Source: a virus
Reading direction: 5' to 3' (one strand)
IMG/VR virus record: IMGVR_UViG_3300027747_002638
DNA length: 64,000 nucleotides
A program made the translations under genes and the position numbers. Shown one piece after another: positions 8,224 through 18,169 of the stretch. The notes below the pieces were generated by a model, which did no database searches, was not told the DNA's origin, and worked only from the letters and a program-made list of their open reading frames with translations. The number at the start of each line of letters is the position of its first letter. Position 1 is the stretch's first letter.

Positions 8224-10059
8224 ATGGCTTTTATAGTTAAAAAATTACCTAAAAAATTAACTGATGGACTTTTAGCTTATTGGAAATTAGATAATAATAA
8301 TTGGCTAGATTCAAGCAATAACGGAAATACACTTACAAATAACGGAAACGTTACGGTTGGTACTGGAAAAATCAACGGCGATGCGGTCTTTAACGAATCA
8401 AATAGCCTTACAAATAGTTCATTAGCAATTCCCAATTCAGCTTTTTCTATTTCAACTTGGGTAAAAAGTTCAACTTATATAGACGGAAGCGTTATTGCGG
8501 GTCAATGGTCGTATTTAGATAATCCACCATTTCAAGTAGCAATAAATTGTAATTTTGGTTATATAAATGCCCTCTGGTCTACTGATGGAACAAGTTTAAC
8601 AGATAGATGGGTTACAGACATTCCCCTTCCATATGATGACATATGGCATCATGTCGTTTTAACTTTTGATGGAACAACGGAAAGAATTTATTGGGATGGT
8701 GTTGATTCTGGTTCATTTGTGCCAAATGGTTTATCATATCAAACTTCTGGGTTTGGAATTGGAAATGGAAACAATGGATATTTTGACGGAGAAATAGATG
8801 AATGTGGAGTTTGGGATCGAGCATTAACTCAATCAGAAATAAAACAACTTTATAACTCTGGGTCTGGAATAACCTACCCATTTTATTCTTCTCTTTTACT
8901 TCATATGGATGGAGCAAATGGGTCAACAAATTTTACAGATAGTTCTATAAATGATCTTCCAATTACGGTCAATGCAAATCCTCAGATAAGCACAGCTCAA
9001 AGTAAATTTGGAGGAAGCTCTGCTTATTTTGATGGAGATGGAAGTTATTTAGACGTTTCTAATTTGCCTAGCAATTATCTAAGTCAAGATTTTACTATTG
9101 AAGCTTGGGTTTGGATAGATGGCTCTAAATATAATTCTTGTTTATTTAATACATTTCCACACAACTCTTTTGGAGTTAGTTTAAAAAGAGAAGATGCGGA
9201 CAATTTAACAACTGTTTTTATTGGTAATGGTTCTAATTGGTCTTCGTCTTTTTCGAGCGATACCTTATTATCTTTTGATACATGGCAGCATATTGCTCTT
9301 GTAAGAAGGAATAATACTATAACTTTATATGAGAACGGAATAGCTCGTGGTTCTATTAATGATGTACCAAGCGGATTTGGTACTTCTCTCAGAATTGGGT
9401 CAATTACATATATTTACGGTTTAAATGGCGAAGAATATAAAGGATATATGGACGAATTTAGAATTATTAAATACGCCGCTTACACATCAAACTTTACTCC
9501 ACCAACTCAACCATTTGAATTTTCTGGTGCACGAAGTTTAATAATTAAAAAAAATACAACCTTCAAAATTCCAAGAACTCCTGTTAATTTATTTACATGT
9601 CCTTTTGAAGTAGATACAGACACATGTCCAACTGTGGGTGGTCTTAGCGACCCTGGATGGTTTTTAGCAGGAAATACTTCTAGAATTGGAAAAACTACAG
9701 CTCCAGATGGTTCTAATACAGCAGTAGAATATGAATCTTTATACGCAGGTGGCTCTTTTGTATCTCAAGGATTTTTACAATATTGGTTACCAAATACCAC
9801 ATATGTATTCTCTATTTGGGCAAAATCAACTCTTGGATTGGCTACTGATGGTCAAATAGTAAACGTAACAAAAAACGGAGGTAGCGACAGAGTAGTTATA
9901 GAAGCACTTGGAAACTTAACTTCTACATGGCAAAAGTTTACTATAACATTTACTACTGGTCCTAGCAGGAATAGTTATATAACTGCATTCTTTTGTGGAG
10001 ATATTACTGAAGGAGTAAGATTTGCTTTATGGGGTGCAGAAATGTATATTATTAATTAA
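8224..10059 (+). CDS. Virion-associated lectin-like protein: two LamG/concanavalin A-like domains plus CBM-like domain
   Basis: GLLAYWKLD...WHHVVLTFDG...FDGEIDECGVWDRALT; SLLLHMDG...DFTIEAWV...WQHIAL...GYMDEFRI; NTTYVFSIWAK...WQKFTITFTT. Confidence 0.8.
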   Translation: MAFIVKKLPKKLTDGLLAYWKLDNNNWLDSSNNGNTLTNNGNVTVGTGKINGDAVFNESNSLTNSSLAIPNSAFSISTWVKSSTYIDGSVIAGQWSYLDNPPFQVAINCNFGYINALWSTDGTSLTDRWVTDIPLPYDDIWHHVVLTFDGTTERIYWDGVDSGSFVPNGLSYQTSGFGIGNGNNGYFDGEIDECGVWDRALTQSEIKQLYNSGSGITYPFYSSLLLHMDGANGSTNFTDSSINDLPITVNANPQISTAQSKFGGSSAYFDGDGSYLDVSNLPSNYLSQDFTIEAWVWIDGSKYNSCLFNTFPHNSFGVSLKREDADNLTTVFIGNGSNWSSSFSSDTLLSFDTWQHIALVRRNNTITLYENGIARGSINDVPSGFGTSLRIGSITYIYGLNGEEYKGYMDEFRIIKYAAYTSNFTPPTQPFEFSGARSLIIKKNTTFKIPRTPVNLFTCPFEVDTDTCPTVGGLSDPGWFLAGNTSRIGKTTAPDGSNTAVEYESLYAGGSFVSQGFLQYWLPNTTYVFSIWAKSTLGLATDGQIVNVTKNGGSDRVVIEALGNLTSTWQKFTITFTTGPSRNSYITAFFCGDITEGVRFALWGAEMYIIN

Positions 10060-10062
10060 TTT

Positions 10063-10137
10063 TTACTTAACTCTTTCTACTAAATAATATATATAAACCA
10101 ATACAGCAAAACAAATTAAACTAGTAGACAAGGTCAT
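10063..10137 (-). CDS. Unannotated 24-aa hydrophobic peptide MTLSTSLICFAVLVYIYYLVERVK
   Basis: Fills intergenic gap; own GTGTAA 8 nt upstream; single-TM composition. Confidence 0.55.
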   Translation of the reverse strand: MTLSTSLICFAVLVYIYYLVERVK

Positions 10138-10145
10138 ATTCTTTC

Positions 10146-10170
10146 TTACACTAGATTAAAATATGTGTAA
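10146..10170. promoter_or_regulatory. Back-to-back divergent GTGTAA pair
   Basis: TTACAC 10146-10151 (8 nt to ATG 10137) and GTGTAA 10165-10170 (8 nt to ATG 10179). Confidence 0.7.
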
Positions 10171-10178
10171 TGGTATAT

Positions 10179-10997
10179 ATGCCTATACCTTCAAAAAAAG
10201 ACAATGAAAAACAAAACGATTACATGGGTCGTTGCATGCATTTTTTAAATAAAGAAGGTGAACCCAAAAGACCACAAGATCAAAAAGTAGCAATTTGTTT
10301 AAATACTTTTAAAAATCCCAAAAAGAAGAGCAAAGCAGCCGATAGAAATGGTATCGAAGTAGATTTTTCAGATAAGATTAAAGAAATTAAAGAGAAAAAA
10401 GCTCAAATTGAAGCCGATAAACAAGCAAAAACAGAGCCAGTAATTGAACAAAAAACGCAAACCCCACCTCCAGTAGCAGAAACCCAAGTCGTTGAGCCAG
10501 TTCATACAGCAGTTACTGCTCCAGCAGAAGCGATCAATGAAGTTAAAGTAGAAGAGACAGCCATACCAGAAATTAAAGCTCAAGATAATATAGTTGATAT
10601 TCCAGATGACCAAAATACTGAATCTTTAGATGGAGAAAAAATTCAAACAACTCTTCTTCAAATGCAACAGCAATATAAAATTTTACATTGGCAAACAATG
10701 TCATTTTCACAACATAAATCATTTGATGAAATCGTAAGTAGTTTGATAGAAAATACTGATGAATTTATTGAAACATACATGGGTAAATATGGCAGAGTAA
10801 TTGCTGCTAATACATTCAATATTACTCTTGCTAATTACAAAGACACAGATTTCATGGCACTTACAAATAATTATATTGGATTCTTAATTGGATTGAATGA
10901 TATGCTAGATAAAGCTCAAGATTCAGACTTATTAAATATTAGAGATGAAATTCTTGGTTCATTAAATCAATTAAAATATCTATTAACACTAGTTTAA
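10179..10997 (+). CDS. Modular protein with C-terminal ferritin/Dps-like four-helix domain
   Basis: N-module MPIP...YMGRC...VAIC; Pro/Glu linker; LHWQTMSFSQHKSFDE...DEFIETYMG...LLNIRDEIL...LKYLLTL. Confidence 0.65.
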   Translation: MPIPSKKDNEKQNDYMGRCMHFLNKEGEPKRPQDQKVAICLNTFKNPKKKSKAADRNGIEVDFSDKIKEIKEKKAQIEADKQAKTEPVIEQKTQTPPPVAETQVVEPVHTAVTAPAEAINEVKVEETAIPEIKAQDNIVDIPDDQNTESLDGEKIQTTLLQMQQQYKILHWQTMSFSQHKSFDEIVSSLIENTDEFIETYMGKYGRVIAANTFNITLANYKDTDFMALTNNYIGFLIGLNDMLDKAQDSDLLNIRDEILGSLNQLKYLLTLV

Positions 10998-11017
10998 TTA
11001 AGTCAAGATAATTAATC

Positions 11018-11046
11018 TTTACTTTTTATTATATATTTACTATAAT
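11018..11046 (+). promoter_or_regulatory. Sigma70-type promoter of the glycan island
   Basis: TTTACT-N17-TATAAT, 6 nt before GTG 11053. Confidence 0.7.
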
Positions 11047-11052
11047 ACATGA

Positions 11053-11997
11053 GTGAATATATCCTTCATAATCATAACAAACTTAAAGAAAAAAGAAGAA
11101 TTACTATTACAGATTAAAAGCATAGAGCACCAAAACATTCAAAATTACGAAATACTAATAGTAGGAGATATTGATTTAAATCAAAAATATTCAAATTCAA
11201 ATATTATTCTTATAGAAGATAAACACAATGCAGATCGAGGCTCATTAGGAGGAATGAGAAATAAAGCTTGCGAACAAGCAAAATATGAGAATTTAGTAAT
11301 ATCTGATGATGACATGTTATTCACAAAAGACTGGTATAAAAATTTATTAAAAATTAATCAAGATTTTGATATTATTACTCCATGCGTAAAAGTTCCAGAT
11401 GGAACAAGATTTTGGGACAATGCTTGCTATATGAGTCCAAGCAAAGGACATGTTATTTTAAATGAAGACGAGACTGATGATAACCTATATATGTCTGGTG
11501 GCCAATCTTGGATAATCAAAAAATCTGCTTGGAGCAAAGTCAAATGGGACGAAGAGTTTCTTATATATAAAATGAAGTCATTAGATGATTATAATAAAGG
11601 TATTCATAATGAAGATACAGATTTTGCTTTGAGATGTAGGCAAAATAATTTAAAAATTCGCCATGAACCATCGGTATTAGTCTATCACAACGATAAAAGC
11701 TATACAGCGGTAGGAAGAGTTATAAGAAGAAGATATAATAACAAAGATCAAACTTGGTGCGAAAAACTAGATCTACCAGAAGAAATTTTAATACAATTTG
11801 CAATTAGTTTAGCTGGATATAATTTTGAAGCAGAAGCAGCAGATATTCTAAGAAGATTGAAATTAAATAATAGTTTCGCAGCAGATCAAGTTTTTACTCA
11901 AATAGAACAAAGATATGGTGGGCCCTTAAACAACTCCAATTTTTCATTCAAAAATGAAGAGTATTTGCAATTAATAGAAACTTATAAAGATGTTTAA
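11053..11997 (+). CDS. Glycosyltransferase family 2-like
   Basis: ISFIIIT, YEILIV, RN..C..A, DDD motif, EDTDFALRC. Confidence 0.8.
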   Translation: MNISFIIITNLKKKEELLLQIKSIEHQNIQNYEILIVGDIDLNQKYSNSNIILIEDKHNADRGSLGGMRNKACEQAKYENLVISDDDMLFTKDWYKNLLKINQDFDIITPCVKVPDGTRFWDNACYMSPSKGHVILNEDETDDNLYMSGGQSWIIKKSAWSKVKWDEEFLIYKMKSLDDYNKGIHNEDTDFALRCRQNNLKIRHEPSVLVYHNDKSYTAVGRVIRRRYNNKDQTWCEKLDLPEEILIQFAISLAGYNFEAEAADILRRLKLNNSFAADQVFTQIEQRYGGPLNNSNFSFKNEEYLQLIETYKDV

Positions 11998-12706
11998 TTC
12001 TGTCAAAATTTTTACTCTCTCTACCAATAATTATAAAGATTTTAACGAATCATTTTTAAGATCTTTTAGCAACCTATTGCTACCTTCTTTCTCCAAAGAG
12101 TTTTTTATATTTACTGATTTTGTTGAAAATCCACTCTACAAAAATTTTAATGTTAAACCATTTTACATTAATCATGAAAGTTGGCCGATGATAACACTTA
12201 AAAGATATCACTGCATGAATTTAATACTAGATCAAATCAAAGATAATGATTTATGTATATTTGCAGATATAGATTTAGAGGTAGTCAAGCCCATAGAAAG
12301 TTTAAATATAAACAATTTTTTTGGAGTAGAACATCCAGGAAATACTCTAGTAAATAACAAGGATTCTCTAGAACACAATACCCAAAGCCTAGCCTTTGTG
12401 GATAAATACAATTTACCTTCCAATTATAAGTATATTCAAGGATGCTTATGGGGTGGCATTGGCAAGGATTTCATCAATATGATTATAACATTAAAAGAAA
12501 ATACAGAGAAAGACTTTATAAGTGGTATAGTGGCAAAATGGCATGATGAGTCCCACCTTAATAGGTTTTGTGTTTCTAATATTAATAACTTTAATATATT
12601 AAGTTCTAGCTATGCATATCCAGAAAATTGGACCTTACCTATGGATAAGATAATCATACATAAAGATAAAAATATGCATCAATATCCAAGATTCCAAGGA
12701 AAATGA
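11990..12706 (+). CDS. Glycosyltransferase family 6 (alpha-1,3-Gal/GalNAc transferase-like)
   Basis: FFIFTD, WPMITLKRY, DID, HPG, YIQGCLWGG, WHDESHLN. Confidence 0.85.
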   Translation: MFNSVKIFTLSTNNYKDFNESFLRSFSNLLLPSFSKEFFIFTDFVENPLYKNFNVKPFYINHESWPMITLKRYHCMNLILDQIKDNDLCIFADIDLEVVKPIESLNINNFFGVEHPGNTLVNNKDSLEHNTQSLAFVDKYNLPSNYKYIQGCLWGGIGKDFINMIITLKENTEKDFISGIVAKWHDESHLNRFCVSNINNFNILSSSYAYPENWTLPMDKIIIHKDKNMHQYPRFQGK

Positions 12707-13512
12707 CTATTAAAGAAATAGGCAGATCTGGATGTAAAATTATTTTCGACTATCAAGAAAATAAAGTAATTAAATTTTCAGCAAACCAAGATTACAATCA
12801 AAGATTAAGAAAACAATACCAAAAGCAAAAACAATTTTCTGATAGTTTTTTCAAAACACCACTAGTTCATAACTATTTTGATACAGAATTATTGAACAAT
12901 TTTTCAATGGATTTAATCTATGGTAAAAATTTTTTTGAATATATAATATATTCAGATTCCAAAGAGCTACTTAATTTTTCAGATATTATTGTAAATTACC
13001 TAAACAATAATATTACAAATGCAAAAGAAGTAAAATTAAATTCAAACATTTTAATCAGTAAAATACTAGATATTGAAAATAAAGTGAATATGCCACTTTT
13101 AAATAAGTATTTTAATTTTATAAAAGATAATTCGTTTGACACCTTTCTAGAAGGAAAGTGTCACGGAGATTTTACTCTTTCTAATATAATCTTTAATAAA
13201 GACTATTACTTAATAGACTTTTTGGATAATATTTTTGAATCTCCAATATTTGATTTAATAAAAATACAACAGGATACCTTGCATAATTATTGTTTCGTTT
13301 TATACAACAAATACGATTATAAGATAAAAATCTTCTTAGATTATTTGAATAATAAAATAGAAAAGGATGTTAATATTAAATATTATAATTCATACATATG
13401 TTTATCTATATTAAACCTATTAAGAATAATACCCTATTCCTTAGATGTAGAAAAACAACAATTAATTAAAAAACTTTCTTATTATGATACTTATATTACC
13501 AATAGCAGGTAA
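12703..13512 (+). CDS. APH/choline-kinase-like phosphotransferase
   Basis: GRSGCKI, CHGDFTLSNI, LIDFLD. Confidence 0.75.
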   Translation: MTIKEIGRSGCKIIFDYQENKVIKFSANQDYNQRLRKQYQKQKQFSDSFFKTPLVHNYFDTELLNNFSMDLIYGKNFFEYIIYSDSKELLNFSDIIVNYLNNNITNAKEVKLNSNILISKILDIENKVNMPLLNKYFNFIKDNSFDTFLEGKCHGDFTLSNIIFNKDYYLIDFLDNIFESPIFDLIKIQQDTLHNYCFVLYNKYDYKIKIFLDYLNNKIEKDVNIKYYNSYICLSILNLLRIIPYSLDVEKQQLIKKLSYYDTYITNSR

Positions 13513-14533
13513 ATCAACTAGATTTGAGAATTTAAGACCCAAGTGGATGCTTACCAATCCAAGTGGAAACTTTATGCTTATTGATTCGATTTTAGGCTTA
13601 AATTTAAATAAATTTAATCGCATTATTATACCCTACGTTAAAAAGCATGAAGAACAATACTCTTTTAAAAAAGGCTTGTTAAAATGTTTCAAAAAATACA
13701 ATCTTGAAGAAAAGGTAGATTTACTAGAGCTAGAAGATTTTACTAAAGATCAAGTGGAAACAATAGAGCTTGCACTTAAATTAAAGAACGTAAACGAATC
13801 ATTCTTAATTAAAGATTCAGATAACTATTTTGAGTTTGATAGTTCTTATGATGAAAACATAGTATGCTATGGATCTTTAGAGGAAAATAAAAACATAGAA
13901 AGTCCATCTAAAAGCTATATTACTGTAGATGATCAAAACCTTGTCTCAAACATTATAGAGAAAAAAGTAATAAGTGATAAGTTTTGTTGTGGAGGATATT
14001 TCTTTTTAAATAAAGAAGAATTTCTTAAAAATTCTAATTTAAATCTAGAATCAAGATATATTAGCCATGTTATATTTAACATGATGCTTAATAATCATAA
14101 ATTTAGAGCAGAACAAAGTTTTAAATTCTGCGATTGGGGAACAAAAAAAGATTGGGTTAATTATAAAAGTAAATTTGCTACAATTTTCTTAGACTTAGAC
14201 GGAGTAGTTTTTAAAAACTCATCTCATCTTTTGCCTCCATATATTGAAGACTCAGAACCTCTTAATAAGAATATACAAAAAATAAAACAACTACAAGACT
14301 CAAATAAAGTAGAATTTATTATAACAACTTCTAGACCAGAGCAATACAGAGAGACAACTGAATCTCAACTCAAGAAGCAAGATATAAAATATAAACAATT
14401 AATCATGGGACTTCAACATAACCAAAGGATTATAGTAAATGACTTCAGCAATTCAAACCCATATAAAAGTTGCGAAGCAATAAACATAGAAAGAAACAAA
14501 GACAATCTAAACGAATATTTAGATTTAATATAA
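13484..14533 (+). CDS. Nucleotidyltransferase fused to HAD phosphatase-like domain
   Basis: ILPIAGKSTRF...PKWML; DWGT; IFLDLDGV; TTSRPE. Confidence 0.8.
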   Translation: MILILPIAGKSTRFENLRPKWMLTNPSGNFMLIDSILGLNLNKFNRIIIPYVKKHEEQYSFKKGLLKCFKKYNLEEKVDLLELEDFTKDQVETIELALKLKNVNESFLIKDSDNYFEFDSSYDENIVCYGSLEENKNIESPSKSYITVDDQNLVSNIIEKKVISDKFCCGGYFFLNKEEFLKNSNLNLESRYISHVIFNMMLNNHKFRAEQSFKFCDWGTKKDWVNYKSKFATIFLDLDGVVFKNSSHLLPPYIEDSEPLNKNIQKIKQLQDSNKVEFIITTSRPEQYRETTESQLKKQDIKYKQLIMGLQHNQRIIVNDFSNSNPYKSCEAINIERNKDNLNEYLDLI

Positions 14534-14536
14534 TAT

Positions 14537-15943
14537 ATGTATCTTTTAACATTCTATTCAGAAGGATCAGATCTTGACAAAGGTTACGATTTAAGAGAAA
14601 CTAATAAAAAAATTATCAATCAATTAAATCCATATTTTGAAAAAATATTTTCTTTTAACAAACGCACTCTAAAAGACCTGCCAAATTCAGAAGAAATTTG
14701 CAATAGCTATGAAGAAGCCTTAGATCAAAATCCAAATGCAAACCATTTTGGATATTTTGATTTTAAACCTTTTGTTATAGACTATACCCTAAATCTTATA
14801 CCAGAAAACACTTTATTAATGTATCACGATGGAAATTTTGAAAAAAACGAACAATACTGGCAAAGTGATTGGGAAAATATAGAAAAAATAAGTAATTTCT
14901 TATTAGAGCAAAATAACTCAGATATCTTTGTTCAAATTGAAAGAAATGAAATCCTTGTAAAGAATCATGTAAAAGATTATACATTAGACCACTTTTTTAA
15001 TAAAGAAGAAAAAGATATTGTAAAAAATTGCTATCTAATAAATGCAGCCAGACTTATTTTAAAAAATACAGAATTCTCAAGAAACTTTATAAAAGAATAT
15101 TACAATTATTGTAAAGATAAAAAACTAATTTCAAAAACCCCAATTGGAAATCCAGATCCAGACTTCAAATGGTCTTGTGGAGATCAAGACATATTGAACT
15201 GTTTAGTCTATAGATACATTTTAGATGGAAAACTAAACAGATCATTTCCAAAGTTTTCTTTTCTTTATAGAATAATAAGACTTGAAAATAAACCATTTAT
15301 GTGGTACGATAAACTTCATCCAACTGGATTACAATATTATCAAAATAATGGACTTTTAGAATATATGAGTAAAGATAGTTTATCATTGTCTGATATATTT
15401 AAAAAATATGGTTCTGATAAATCATCTGATTGGCATAACTATCATCAACTTTATGAAGAAATTTTTACATCAATTAGATTTGATAATATTAACTTATTAG
15501 AAGTCGGAATATTTAAGGGTGCATCAGTAAGATCATGGCAGGAATATTTTCCAAAAGGTAAAATATATGGTGCAGATATCGATCAAAATCTTTTTGTAAA
15601 TGAAGGAAGAATAAGAAGCTACTATTGCAACCAAGAAGATTCTGATTCTATAAAACAGATGCTAAACAATGAAGATTTGAAAGATCTTGAATTTAATATC
15701 ATTATTGATGATGGCAAGCATGAATTTTTAGCTAATATTAATTTTCTTAGGAATGCTTTTTATAAACTAAAAAGTCGTGGAATATTTATTATCGAAGATT
15801 TAACTTCAGAGACAATGAATAGCTTTGCGGAAAGCATAGAGACATTAAAGAAAGAGCTTCCAATATTAATGATAAATATTATACAAATTCCAAATCCATT
15901 AAATAATATAGATAATAATATATTATTAATAGTAAAATCATGA
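14537..15943 (+). CDS. Glycosyltransferase-like domain fused to class I SAM O-methyltransferase
   Basis: INAA, DQDILN; YGSDK..HNY, LLEVGIFKGAS, IIDDGKH, IIEDL. Confidence 0.7.
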   Translation: MYLLTFYSEGSDLDKGYDLRETNKKIINQLNPYFEKIFSFNKRTLKDLPNSEEICNSYEEALDQNPNANHFGYFDFKPFVIDYTLNLIPENTLLMYHDGNFEKNEQYWQSDWENIEKISNFLLEQNNSDIFVQIERNEILVKNHVKDYTLDHFFNKEEKDIVKNCYLINAARLILKNTEFSRNFIKEYYNYCKDKKLISKTPIGNPDPDFKWSCGDQDILNCLVYRYILDGKLNRSFPKFSFLYRIIRLENKPFMWYDKLHPTGLQYYQNNGLLEYMSKDSLSLSDIFKKYGSDKSSDWHNYHQLYEEIFTSIRFDNINLLEVGIFKGASVRSWQEYFPKGKIYGADIDQNLFVNEGRIRSYYCNQEDSDSIKQMLNNEDLKDLEFNIIIDDGKHEFLANINFLRNAFYKLKSRGIFIIEDLTSETMNSFAESIETLKKELPILMINIIQIPNPLNNIDNNILLIVKS

Positions 15944-16740
15944 GTGAAAATTTTGGTATATTCTATACTTGCTATACAGAAAAAGAAGCCGTAGCTTTTT
16001 CATTACGCGAATTATTTAAAATCTATCCATCAATTCCTGTATATTTAGTTTCTGATGGTGGTGAAGATTACTCTTTTTTAGAAAAAGAATTTTCTACAAT
16101 AAAGACATTTCTAGAAGAAGACAGTAGAGGAATTATACCAAAAATACCAGCAGACTCTTTTAGAGAAGAACAATATCAAATTCAAATTAAAAAATCTATT
16201 CTAACTTTAATTTCAAGAATAGAAAGGGCAATAGAGTACTGCAATAAAGAATACATGCTAATAATGGAACCAGATATTTTAGTTAGAGGAATAATTTCTA
16301 TCCCACAAGATTCAAAATTACTTGGCTCAAGAATAAACAGAGGGTTATCAGAAGAACTCAAATTAATATTAAGAAATACGAAAGGTGCAATTGAAATAGA
16401 TAGTTGGGGCGCAACACCAGCAATTTTTGAATCAAAAGTGTTTATTGAAGCAGCAAATAAAATTAAAAATGATGAAAATCTTTTTAATGCTCTATGTTTA
16501 TCAGAATATAGATTAGCGTTTTATGATGTATTATTTGGAGTTATGTTCGCTCTTCTTGGTTATGAAGAACAATTTAACCCAGAAATAACAGAATGTTTTA
16601 GAAATAAACTTTGGGAAATATCCCCACACCCTCTTTTACATCAATTTCGAGCCAAATATCCTTTATCATCAGAAGGATATGATGGTACACATATAGTAAA
16701 TAATAATGGATTAGGAGATGCATGGCTATGGAAAAGATGA
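15940..16740 (+). CDS. GT-A fold glycosyltransferase-like protein
   Basis: GIFYTCY, LVSDGGEDY, MEPDILV; paralog of next gene. Confidence 0.6.
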   Translation: MSENFGIFYTCYTEKEAVAFSLRELFKIYPSIPVYLVSDGGEDYSFLEKEFSTIKTFLEEDSRGIIPKIPADSFREEQYQIQIKKSILTLISRIERAIEYCNKEYMLIMEPDILVRGIISIPQDSKLLGSRINRGLSEELKLILRNTKGAIEIDSWGATPAIFESKVFIEAANKIKNDENLFNALCLSEYRLAFYDVLFGVMFALLGYEEQFNPEITECFRNKLWEISPHPLLHQFRAKYPLSSEGYDGTHIVNNNGLGDAWLWKR

Positions 16741-17450
16741 TTGGGGCATTTTATCAATGCTATAAAAATAAAAAAGCTGTAGACTATGTATTATCTAAAT
16801 ATATAGAAAATTATCCAAATTCAGATGTAGTACTAATATCAGACGGTGGGGATGATTATAAAGATATTGCTGAAAAATATAATTGCAAATATTTTTTTGA
16901 AGAAAATTTAAATACTGGCAGTCAAAGAGCTTTAGTTTTTAACAATGTAGAAAGTATTATAAAATATATAGATAGAATAAGCAAATATATTAATTTGATT
17001 AATGCAAAATATTTTTTAAATCTTGAAGATGATGTTATAGTTTTTAAAAAGACAGATCATAATGAATTAATATACGATATTAATGGTTGTAATTTTAATG
17101 AATTTTTAAGTCCTAAATTAGAAAAAATATTAAAAAATTATAATTCAAATTTAATATCACTCAATAAAATCTATTTCGGTGGGTGTGGAGGATGTTTTTT
17201 TAATATAGATTTTTTTAAACAAATAACAAAAGACAAACAAAAGTTAAAAATAGATATTGAAGAATTTTTTTATAATAGTGCATATGGCGAACCCGCTGCA
17301 GATAGAGTGTTTAGTTTTTTATGTTATAAAAACCAAGGAACAATAGGTCAATACAAAGGTTTTTGTGAGACTTGGCATCCAGATTACGAGACAAGAAAAC
17401 TAAATAATTCAATAGAAGTATTACATCAATATAAAGAATTATATGAATAA
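16737..17450 (+). CDS. GT-A fold glycosyltransferase-like protein
   Basis: GAFYQCY, LISDGGDDY, LEDDV; ATGA overlap at 16737. Confidence 0.6.
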   Translation: MIGAFYQCYKNKKAVDYVLSKYIENYPNSDVVLISDGGDDYKDIAEKYNCKYFFEENLNTGSQRALVFNNVESIIKYIDRISKYINLINAKYFLNLEDDVIVFKKTDHNELIYDINGCNFNEFLSPKLEKILKNYNSNLISLNKIYFGGCGGCFFNIDFFKQITKDKQKLKIDIEEFFYNSAYGEPAADRVFSFLCYKNQGTIGQYKGFCETWHPDYETRKLNNSIEVLHQYKELYE

Positions 17451-18168
17451 AAGATTAATTATTGCTAAATACAAAGAAAGTATTGATTGGTGTCACGAAC
17501 TTAAAGATAATTTTGATATAATAATTTATAACAAAGATACAAATTTACCATTAACAGATTATAATAAGACCCCATGTTTTTATGAAAAAAATGGTATTAA
17601 ATATTGCGATCTACCAAACATAGGAAGAGAAGCCCATACTTACTTATATCATATAATTCATAATTACAATACCTTATCTGATATTGAAATATTTACTCAA
17701 GGTAATCCATTTGACCATTCTTATGATTTTATTAATAAACTCAAACAAATAGAAGAAGTGCAGTTTAAAAGCTTAACTGATTCAAAAAGAATTCAAAATT
17801 CAGAAGAGATGTTAATAAACGGCCAAGATAAATTTAATTGGTTTTATGGAAATCAAGCAACTTTATATAAGGATATATTTGATAAAAATCCTCCATTAAA
17901 ATACGAGATCGATATTTATGCTATATTCGCATGCTCAAAAGAATGTATTTTAAATAATAAATATGATACATATCTTAAATGCTTTAATAAGTTTAATCCA
18001 GATCAATACCTATTAGGTTTTAATTATTGGAATAGAAATAAAAATGATGAATACTTTAAAAATATTAATGAAAAATACGGAGGAATACCAAATGGAGAAC
18101 TTTTTCCTCATATATTTGAATATTTTTGGAATTTACTCTTTAACCAGTATAGAATAATTGAAACATAA
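17443..18168 (+). CDS. DUF3431-like protein
   Basis: IIAKYKE.IDW, LPNIGREAHTYLYHIIHNY, FTQGNPFDH, FEYFW. Confidence 0.7.
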   Translation: MNKRLIIAKYKESIDWCHELKDNFDIIIYNKDTNLPLTDYNKTPCFYEKNGIKYCDLPNIGREAHTYLYHIIHNYNTLSDIEIFTQGNPFDHSYDFINKLKQIEEVQFKSLTDSKRIQNSEEMLINGQDKFNWFYGNQATLYKDIFDKNPPLKYEIDIYAIFACSKECILNNKYDTYLKCFNKFNPDQYLLGFNYWNRNKNDEYFKNINEKYGGIPNGELFPHIFEYFWNLLFNQYRIIET

Positions 18169-18169
18169 T

